From NCBI RefSeq assembly GCF_900083515.1, contig NZ_LT671858.1, forward strand, positions 60,001-92,000: a stretch of DNA of 32,000 nucleotides, in the 5' to 3' direction. Source of the DNA: Cuniculiplasma divulgatum (lineage in GTDB: Archaea > Thermoplasmatota > Thermoplasmata > Thermoplasmatales > Thermoplasmataceae). Made by a program: the position numbers and the translations under genes. Below the pieces are notes generated by a model. The model did not search any database and was not told the origin of the DNA. It saw only the letters and a program-made list of their open reading frames with translations. Shown here one piece after another: positions 7,590 through 14,326 of this stretch (position 1 is the first letter of the stretch; every line of letters starts with the position of its first letter).

Positions 7590-9029
7590 TTGAACAGTGA
7601 TGTACAGAAATTCGATCTTGTAATACTGGGAAGAGGCGCAGCTGCATTTTCGGCCGCAATCAAGGCTTCGGAACTCAGCAATGGTGAGATGACCGTTGCC
7701 ATGATAGGCACGGGACCGCTTGGAGGTACATGCGTCAATGTGGGTTGCGTTCCATCAAAATACCTGCTTGAGGCATCTCATTCTGTCTTCAGGCCGGAAC
7801 ATCCAATGATGGCGGGTATTCACGCAACACCAGTGAAACACGACTTTTCAGAAGTAATGGAAGGCCTGAGATCATATGTTGCACACGCAAGGGATTCAAA
7901 ATATGTCCAGGTGATTGAAAACTACAGCAATGTGAATCTTTTTGACGGTCTTGGGAAATTCGTGGATAAGAAGACCGTAATGGTATCAGATTCTGAAGGA
8001 AATGATATTGCTTTAGTCTCAGGATCCAACATTCTCATCGCAACCGGATCACATCCCACCGTGCCCAACATTGAGGGGTTGAAGGAAACAGGATTCCTCA
8101 CCAGTGATACAATATGGGCACTAAAAGAACTGCCGGAGTCAGTTGCCATAATAGGTGGAGGTGCCATTGGACTTGAACTGGGACAGGCACTGCTACATTT
8201 CGGCTCAAACGTTACTGTTATAGAGGCTCTGGATTCCCTTCTTCCCCAGTCCGAACCTGAGATTGGATTTGCGCTTAAGAGCAAACTGGAGGAAGAGGGC
8301 ATGAAGTTCTACCTGAGGGCAAGAGTTAGCTCAGTAAGCTCATCAGGAAACAGAAAAACAATTCATGTAATAACACACAAGGGAGAGGAAAAAGTAGAAA
8401 TCCACGAGATCATAGTTGCAACCGGAAGACAGCCCAACACACCATATCTGAATCTCAAAGCTGCAGGTGTTGACACCGATTCCAGGGGGCAAATTGTCAC
8501 TTCCGAAACAATGAAGACATCCGCACCTGGAATTTATGCTGCAGGTGACTGTGTTTCAAAAAATATGTTTCTTGAAACTCTAGCGGCAAGGGAAGGTGTC
8601 ATAGCCCTGAGCAACATGTTCGGTGAAGACCTTAAGATCGATTACGACTCTGCAACATGGGCAGTATTTACCAGCCCACAGGTTGCAGGTGTGGGAATGA
8701 CAGAGAATGAATTCTCCCAGAAGAATGGATCGTGTTCGTGTAGGGTATTTTCCCTTGAAAATTTAACAAAGGCAAGCATAATGGGAGAAACAGAAGGTAT
8801 TATAAAGATCACCGTCGATCCAAAGGACAACAGGGTAGTGGGAATGCACATCATGGCTCCAAATGCCACAGATATAATAACAGAGGGCACATATGCTGTC
8901 AGGAACGGATACACCATTGATGATATAATCGCAACAAGCCACATATTCCCGTCATTTTCAGAGGGTGTGAAACTTGCAGCCCAGTCGTTCATCAGGGATC
9001 TGTCCAAAATGGCGTGTTGCGTGGAGTGA
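7590..9029 (+). CDS. merA: mercuric reductase (core MerA without N-terminal HMA domain)
   Basis: FAD motif DLVILGRGAAAFSAA, redox-active GGTCVNVGCVPSK, YAAGDC, and the C-terminal vicinal cysteine pair (MACCVE) that distinguishes MerA from other disulfide oxidoreductases. The TTG start at 7590 is preceded by AAAGGGGG. Confidence 0.85.
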   Translation: MNSDVQKFDLVILGRGAAAFSAAIKASELSNGEMTVAMIGTGPLGGTCVNVGCVPSKYLLEASHSVFRPEHPMMAGIHATPVKHDFSEVMEGLRSYVAHARDSKYVQVIENYSNVNLFDGLGKFVDKKTVMVSDSEGNDIALVSGSNILIATGSHPTVPNIEGLKETGFLTSDTIWALKELPESVAIIGGGAIGLELGQALLHFGSNVTVIEALDSLLPQSEPEIGFALKSKLEEEGMKFYLRARVSSVSSSGNRKTIHVITHKGEEKVEIHEIIVATGRQPNTPYLNLKAAGVDTDSRGQIVTSETMKTSAPGIYAAGDCVSKNMFLETLAAREGVIALSNMFGEDLKIDYDSATWAVFTSPQVAGVGMTENEFSQKNGSCSCRVFSLENLTKASIMGETEGIIKITVDPKDNRVVGMHIMAPNATDIITEGTYAVRNGYTIDDIIATSHIFPSFSEGVKLAAQSFIRDLSKMACCVE

Positions 9030-9034
9030 TAGAA

Positions 9035-9409
9035 ATGAAAGTGGAAGAAATAATATCAAAATTCGGATTCGACCAGACAGTTGAGTTTCTTGAGAGATCT
9101 GTAGATGAGAATGGCCTGAAGACCGTATCAGTAATAAATGCTCAGGCAAATTTGAGGAAAATTGGTGTTGAGACAGGTGGAAACAAAATTCTGGAAGTTT
9201 TCCACCCAAAGCTTGCCAAGGAAGTTTTCGACAGCGATCTGAGAGCGGGCATAGTTCCGCCCTTGAGAATTTACATATACGAAGAAAATGGCACAACCCA
9301 TGTAGAAACGCAGAATGCGGCGGAACTTTTCTCCGAGTTCAACGGACTGGAGGAACTTGGCAGAAAAGTAGACGGAATGCTAAATTCTGTGATCAAATCT
9401 GTCAAATAA
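9035..9409 (+). CDS. DUF302-domain protein
   Basis: The ATG lies 5 nt after the merA stop. FDQTVEFLERSVDENGLKTVSVINAQ...ILEVFHPKLAKEVF...PPLRIYIYEENG fits the DUF302 pattern. The family call is from memory. Confidence 0.65.
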   Translation: MKVEEIISKFGFDQTVEFLERSVDENGLKTVSVINAQANLRKIGVETGGNKILEVFHPKLAKEVFDSDLRAGIVPPLRIYIYEENGTTHVETQNAAELFSEFNGLEELGRKVDGMLNSVIKSVK

Positions 9410-9810
9410 TGCATTTATGGGAAATAAGATAATGGAGTGAAGAGACACGAATGGCTCCAAATGCCATTTTATCAATTATATTTCTCAATAGATAAGGAAT
9501 CTGATGGATTACAGTACTCAAAAGCACTTAAGGTTTTCAAGAATCATTACTTAGAGTTGATTCTGCTAATCAATGCCTCTAACACGACGAATGGTGAGAG
9601 TTCTAAAGTGATAAGCATAGCTGTCCTAATTTCCCCATCTGGGTCATGATACTAAAACTGCACAACAATTTTTCACAGATCTTTAATTGCTATACATTAT
9701 GAACAGTCATGATGCAATTCCTTTGCATTGTGATAAGGGAACTTTTAAGATTTCTCAACCATTCTTTCATTATGTAGGAAAAGGTTTTCTACGCCATTGT
9801 TTCCGCGATA

Positions 9811-10419
9811 GTGATTATAGGAGGAGTGGGGATTGGTGTTGCTTATGACCATCAGGTCGCTGTCAGCAGCAGCCATATGAGTAATCAGCAGATTGGTGGC
9901 ACATATCACCTTGACTTGGTAGAAGTCATGGACGCAAACTACAACAGTTCGATCGGGGCACAACCCAGATACTATGAGGTTGTGAATGGCTCTCTTCAGT
10001 CCCCTTCCAATATCACGCTGCCTACACACACCAAGATAACTGTCACCATCACTTCTTACGATATGGGTAATGCCTCTGTACCATCGCAGTATTTGACAGC
10101 CAGTGGAATACAGAATGACAAGGTTCTTGCAATAAACGGCACAACGGCAATGGGAAGCAATACTTCAAAGTCATGGTCAACTAATATGACATCATTCCCC
10201 GCATCAAAAGTGTTGCATACTTTTACCATCTTACAAGGATCAAGCATCATTGTTAACATTCCTGTAATGGCAGGATATACTGAAATCGCATCATTTTATC
10301 TTAACAGCACCGGAAGCATGACCTGGCAATGCGAGGCTGCTTGTGGCACAGGATCATCAGGATGGGAGGGTGCAATGTCCACTGCCGGCTGGATGACAGG
10401 AACAGTTTATGCCCAATAA
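9811..10419 (+). CDS. membrane-anchored cupredoxin-like protein with CuA-like Cx3C motif
   Basis: The protein has an N-terminal hydrophobic anchor and many N-x-S/T sequons. HTFTIL ... WQCEAACGTGSSGWEGAM resembles a CuA-type H...CxxxCG...M site but lacks the second His. GTG start; the in-frame hydrophobic sequence continues upstream to a stop at 9775, so the true start is uncertain. Confidence 0.4.
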   Translation: MIIGGVGIGVAYDHQVAVSSSHMSNQQIGGTYHLDLVEVMDANYNSSIGAQPRYYEVVNGSLQSPSNITLPTHTKITVTITSYDMGNASVPSQYLTASGIQNDKVLAINGTTAMGSNTSKSWSTNMTSFPASKVLHTFTILQGSSIIVNIPVMAGYTEIASFYLNSTGSMTWQCEAACGTGSSGWEGAMSTAGWMTGTVYAQ

Positions 10420-10439
10420 ATGATAGAGTATATCGATCT

Positions 10440-11000
10440 ATGAGAAGGAGCAAAGATTCTGCATTTCCAGCATCCGGGGATCCACAGGGCATAAGACGGC
10501 TTATATTCTACGGTATCTCCCTGATGCTCTCTCTCCTTATCATAGTCATCTCGATAACATTTTTTGTGGTTGTTGTTTACCTTGAGGGCAGGGTAACTGA
10601 AGATTTTTTCTACCTTTTTACAGGAATTATTACCGTTAACCTTGTAATTTCAGCACTTTCCGTTAAAGGATTGATGACTCTCTATCCCATATTACAACCT
10701 AAAAATGGAGAATTCAGAACTATGATCTTATCAAGGTCAGATGAGATGCGCTCATCTGGTGACACCACTTCAATGACTAGAAAGAACTCGGAATACTTTA
10801 CAAACTTAGAGCTTGAAGTGATAGAACTTATAAGAAATAATGGAAATAAAATGCTTCAAAGCAAGATAGTAACCACAATAGAAGCATCGAAGGCATCAAT
10901 TTCCAGAACGCTTACATCTTTAGAGAACAAAGGAGTGGTTGTGAGGATGAGAAAGGGAGTAACAAATGAAGTAATCCTCATTGAAACCTATTCCAATTAG
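10440..11000 (+). CDS. membrane-anchored winged-helix (MarR/TrmB-like) DNA-binding protein
   Basis: The ATG at 10440 avoids overlap with the preceding gene. Two hydrophobic helices are followed by LELEVIELIRNNGNKMLQSKIVTTIEASKASISRTLTSLENKGVVVR, a wHTH pattern. Confidence 0.55.
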   Translation: MRRSKDSAFPASGDPQGIRRLIFYGISLMLSLLIIVISITFFVVVVYLEGRVTEDFFYLFTGIITVNLVISALSVKGLMTLYPILQPKNGEFRTMILSRSDEMRSSGDTTSMTRKNSEYFTNLELEVIELIRNNGNKMLQSKIVTTIEASKASISRTLTSLENKGVVVRMRKGVTNEVILIETYSN

Positions 11001-11056
11001 TTCCGTGAAACATGTTTCAACCTAAACTTAAGTGCCTTTTCATCATATATAACTTC

Positions 11057-11416
11057 ATGGAAAAAAGAGTTGAAAACCTGATATGGATTCTTGTAGCACT
11101 TGTGTCGGTGGTTGCTGCAGTTGCAATAATTATCTCCATACTGTTTGGAGGCAACTACTATAATGGAACCTATGGGCCCTTTGGTATGATGGGTGGCTTC
11201 TATGGAATGGGGATATTAATGCCGATCATTGGCGTCATTTCGGTAATCTTGGCAATAGTGTTCATTTATTTCATCTTTGAAGCAGTTCAAACTCCAGAAT
11301 CGTACAGACCTGTTGAGAAAGCCGCAAATGCAGAGGAGATAGCGAAAGAAAGGTTCGCAAAGGGAGAGATTTCTGAAGAAGAATACCGCCAAATAATTGA
11401 AACTATAAGGAGGTGA
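11057..11416 (+). CDS. SHOCT-domain membrane protein
   Basis: Two hydrophobic helices, then EEIAKERFAKGEISEEEYRQIIETI (SHOCT pattern). An alternative ATG at 11012 adds 15 atypical residues. Confidence 0.6.
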   Translation: MEKRVENLIWILVALVSVVAAVAIIISILFGGNYYNGTYGPFGMMGGFYGMGILMPIIGVISVILAIVFIYFIFEAVQTPESYRPVEKAANAEEIAKERFAKGEISEEEYRQIIETIRR

Positions 11417-11424
11417 AAATTAGT

Positions 11425-12015
11425 ATGAACACGCATAAAACCATTGGAATTGCGGCGGGTGCCTTCCTTGCTGCTGTTCTTGTATTTTCGGCTTTCTATT
11501 ACTACGGCGGATATAATACATCTAGCGGTTCCCAGTACCTAACGCAGTCACAGCTTGAAAGTCTGAATGTAACTGAGCAGGGAGTTTACGTTTCACACGT
11601 GAATTCAACTGTTTACATAAACAGTTCCACCAGTTTGCTTGTGATGGCTGGTCCAATGAACGCGCCGAGCATGTACAGCTTCGAGATACAGGGTTTGTTC
11701 AACCCAACAATAGTAATTAAAGAAGGAGTGACCATTAACTTCACAGTTGTAAATATAGATACCGACTCTGAACACAATTTTGTGTTGAGCAGCCAGGGAC
11801 CGCCATATTCGTACATGAATGGCATGGGCTCCATGGGCTCGGGAGGATATGACTCTATGACGTCTATGAGTTTTCTTCCACCAACAAATTCTGGTCACTT
11901 CTATTATTACAATGTCAGCTACGGTTTTTCACAAACCGGAACTTACTGGTACCTGTGTACCTATCCAGGGCACGCCGAAAACGGGATGTACGGAAAAATA
12001 GTCGTAGAACGGTAA
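11425..12015 (+). CDS. sulfocyanin-like type-1 blue copper protein (cupredoxin)
   Basis: The C-terminal YWYLCTYPGHAENGMYG is a type-1 Cu site (C-x2-P-G-H-x4-M), with an upstream His in SEHNFVL and an N-terminal membrane anchor. The ATG at 11425 is preceded by AGGAGGTGA. Confidence 0.7.
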   Translation: MNTHKTIGIAAGAFLAAVLVFSAFYYYGGYNTSSGSQYLTQSQLESLNVTEQGVYVSHVNSTVYINSSTSLLVMAGPMNAPSMYSFEIQGLFNPTIVIKEGVTINFTVVNIDTDSEHNFVLSSQGPPYSYMNGMGSMGSGGYDSMTSMSFLPPTNSGHFYYYNVSYGFSQTGTYWYLCTYPGHAENGMYGKIVVER

Positions 12016-12289
12016 TTAATCTGGCGGTAGCAATACTGCCTACCTAAATTTTCTCACTAAGAAGTAAGGTAAACTCCATCACTTTATGGCAAATTGCTGG
12101 GATGTCCAGGAAAATAAATGAGTGTCTTGAGTTCATTATCAAAAATAACTCAAAGGATAACAATTACCATAGTTGACAATAAAACCATCCTGATGGTTTA
12201 CTGCCTTACCTGAATAAATTCACACACAGAAATTCTCGCGCATGCATTTTAGACCATATGATAACTAATCCCTGCACTAAAAGACTGGT

Positions 12290-12325
12290 GCTCCAGAAGC
12301 AGTCTTTCCTGCTTAACTCTGGAGC
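12290..12325 (-). terminator. extended hairpin immediately 3' of the DUF302 gene
   Basis: The outer stem is gctccaga 12290-12297 / tctggagc 12318-12325 and the inner stem is agcag 12298-12302 / ctgct 12309-12313. It lies 12 nt beyond the stop of the minus-strand gene. Confidence 0.4.
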
Positions 12326-12336
12326 CTATTCAACGA

Positions 12337-12729
12337 TTATATAAATGAGTCCACAATGGTTTTGAGTTTGGTCTCAACCTCATCCAGAAAGGCCGCATTC
12401 TGTTCCGTCTTATCTGTTTTAAGAGTTCGGAAAATTTCTGCAGGCAGTTGAGCAGATATTTCCGTACCACCTTCCACTGATTTCGCTATTAGATGGCATG
12501 GAATGAGTGTCTCTACCCTATTGTCTAAGGAAAGAGCCTCATGTGCATATTTAGCATTGCAAATATCAAAGGTTCTGAGATTTGGATATTCAAACCCCTT
12601 TGACCTCAGTATGTCACTTGTCCTGATCTCAGATAATATTGAGAAACCATTTAGAGGCACTACCTCTCTTATCTTATCGCACACCTCGTCGAAGGAACGT
12701 TCTGATTTAACTCTGTATTCAGTTGCCAT
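12337..12729 (-). CDS. DUF302-domain protein (second copy in window)
   Basis: SFDEVCDKIREVVPLNGFSILSEI...FDICNAKYAHEAL...LIPCHLIAKSVEGG fits the DUF302 pattern. It is a diverged paralog of 9035..9409. Confidence 0.6.
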   Translation of the reverse strand: MATEYRVKSERSFDEVCDKIREVVPLNGFSILSEIRTSDILRSKGFEYPNLRTFDICNAKYAHEALSLDNRVETLIPCHLIAKSVEGGTEISAQLPAEIFRTLKTDKTEQNAAFLDEVETKLKTIVDSFI

Positions 12730-12733
12730 TTCT

Positions 12734-12925
12734 TCACCTGGATAAAATTTGTTTCTTCATGCTTAAATATTCTTCCTTCTCGATTTCTCCCCTTGCATAT
12801 CTCTCGTTCAATATGCCAATTGCAGTTTTAGTTTCATTCACTGTGGGGTTTTCCTCACTGCCGTGACTGTGCATATGGTGCTTTCCCATATCATTTCCTG
12901 CATTCTTCATACATCCGCAAGACAT
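12734..12925 (-). CDS. small Cys/His-rich protein with SHOCT domain
   Basis: The N-terminus MSCGCMKNAGNDMGKHHMHSHGSEE is rich in metal-ligand residues. The C-terminus LNERYARGEIEKEEYLSMKKQIL matches the SHOCT pattern. The stop lies 4 nt upstream of the DUF302 gene start, suggesting an operon. Confidence 0.6.
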   Translation of the reverse strand: MSCGCMKNAGNDMGKHHMHSHGSEENPTVNETKTAIGILNERYARGEIEKEEYLSMKKQILSR

Positions 12926-13013
12926 ACTTACGAAATCATGTGAAGAGATAAAACAATATCCTATTCAATTTGTAATTTATGATGACTGAAAACATACATA
13001 ATGATAAGAGGTA

Positions 13014-13427
13014 TCAATAGGTTAGCGAGAATCCTTTCACGGTCAGACTTCCAAATCGTCCTTTCCTGATGGAAATGTCTTGCCTGCCCTTATCTATGGC
13101 TCGCCACACAGCTTTGCTGATGACAAACGTGAACTTCTCAGTTTTAATAATTTCATATGAGGATGAGTCATTGATGCTGTCAAGAATTCCTGCACTGATT
13201 TTAGCTTCCAATTGGCACATATTATCGGGGCACGGGCCCTTTTCCTGCACCAAATCCAGGACAAGAAATTTTCCTTCTGCAGCCTTTACTACTCCTTTTC
13301 CCGATTCGACTTTCCCCTTTCCAACAGATATTAATTCTGGAGTGTTGGAATTCTTGACCGACGGGTCATTATCAACCGCACCAGGTGTCGAATGCCTCCC
13401 GGTAGTGAAATCTCCTCTCCCACTCAT
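13014..13427 (-). CDS. hypothetical protein (137 aa) with CPDNMC motif
   Basis: Clean ORF with protein-like composition. It has a low-complexity N-terminus and then a probable globular domain containing C-x4-C. No family is recognised. Confidence 0.4.
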   Translation of the reverse strand: MSGRGDFTTGRHSTPGAVDNDPSVKNSNTPELISVGKGKVESGKGVVKAAEGKFLVLDLVQEKGPCPDNMCQLEAKISAGILDSINDSSSYEIIKTEKFTFVISKAVWRAIDKGRQDISIRKGRFGSLTVKGFSLTY

Positions 13428-13571
13428 AGATAATTATAATTCTTCTCAGTTATTTATAATATAACTGTCCAAACTGTCCAGAACGCTCCAATTTACTAAA
13501 CACTATGAGAACAATTTGAGTAGAATGCTTCCATGCCCTTTTCCACATGTTTTGGTTCGTATATGCTAATG

Positions 13572-14099
13572 TCAGTTTTCCTCCATAATTAACTCTCCTC
13601 TTTTCTTAAGATCTCTTTCACAGTTCGGACAGCACACGTAATATGTCTTTCCCCTTATTTCAACTGAGATCGGATTATCTTTGATCTCCTTTCTACAGTA
13701 ATCGCAGTGGAGGTTTTCTGCCCTGTTCATGTTTTCATACGATTCCCTGGAAGTGGCAATTTCAACTCTTTTTATGTTGGCCCCCTTTATCTTTATGAGG
13801 TCCTCATAGTAGAGGATCACCATGTAGGTTCCGTCTATTAGAGAGAAACGCTCCAGGATGATATTCCCCGGTATATTATCTAAATTGTCAGTGTATATGA
13901 GAACCATATCCTTTTCTTCATCTGCAATGGAGATGGTGAATTTCTTGATCCTTCCGCTTGATATGATTGAATCCATGGCCTTCTTGGCTGTAAGCCTGCT
14001 GGTCCCCAGTTCACTTGCTATGTCCACTATGCTCATCCTGGAATTTCTCCTGAGCAATAATATGAGTCTCTGTTCCAGTTCAGAAAGATTTCTTCTCAT
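13572..14099 (-). CDS. Lrp/AsnC-type HTH regulator with C-terminal TRASH domain (archaeal CopR/CopT-like copper regulator)
   Basis: N-terminal LSELEQRLILLLRRNSRMSIVDIASELGTSRLTAKK (Lrp-type HTH). C-terminal CDYCRKEI...YYVCCPNC (TRASH-type C-x2-C...C-x3-C, with an extra Cys). Divergent from the cop genes. Confidence 0.75.
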   Translation of the reverse strand: MRRNLSELEQRLILLLRRNSRMSIVDIASELGTSRLTAKKAMDSIISSGRIKKFTISIADEEKDMVLIYTDNLDNIPGNIILERFSLIDGTYMVILYYEDLIKIKGANIKRVEIATSRESYENMNRAENLHCDYCRKEIKDNPISVEIRGKTYYVCCPNCERDLKKRGELIMEEN

Positions 14100-14174
14100 A
14101 ATGTAATGATTTTACTCAACTACTTTAACATTATGCATAAGGATAATATTTGTATCGCAACACAATTCATAACC

Positions 14175-14315
14175 ATGGCAACAGATGTAATATGCGGAAT
14201 GAAAGTGAAGGAGAGCACTGACCTGAAGAGTGAGTTCCAGGGAAAAACATTCTACTTCTGCAGCAGCCACTGCAAGTCAGAATTTGACAAGAACCCCCTG
14301 AAATACAGCAGGTAA
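14175..14315 (+). CDS. TRASH/YHS-domain small metallochaperone (CopM-like)
   Basis: MATDVICGMKVKESTDLKSEFQGKTFYFCSSHCKSEF is a YHS/TRASH motif. The ATG at 14175 is chosen because the 14106 start would leave only 6 nt for the divergent promoters. Confidence 0.65.
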   Translation: MATDVICGMKVKESTDLKSEFQGKTFYFCSSHCKSEFDKNPLKYSR

Positions 14316-14326
14316 GGAGAATATAA

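Noticed and set aside
9437-9649. 70-codon ORF as a real gene
   Set aside because: It has a GTG start and no ribosome-binding or promoter context, its composition is poor, and it overlaps the possible merA remnant in a shifted frame. It is treated as non-coding or decayed sequence.
10329-10439. Long N-terminal extension of the wHTH membrane protein (track start 10329)
   Set aside because: The extension overlaps the last 90 nt of the preceding cupredoxin-like gene in another frame and is Cys/Arg-rich. The internal ATG at 10440, just after that gene's stop, is more plausible.
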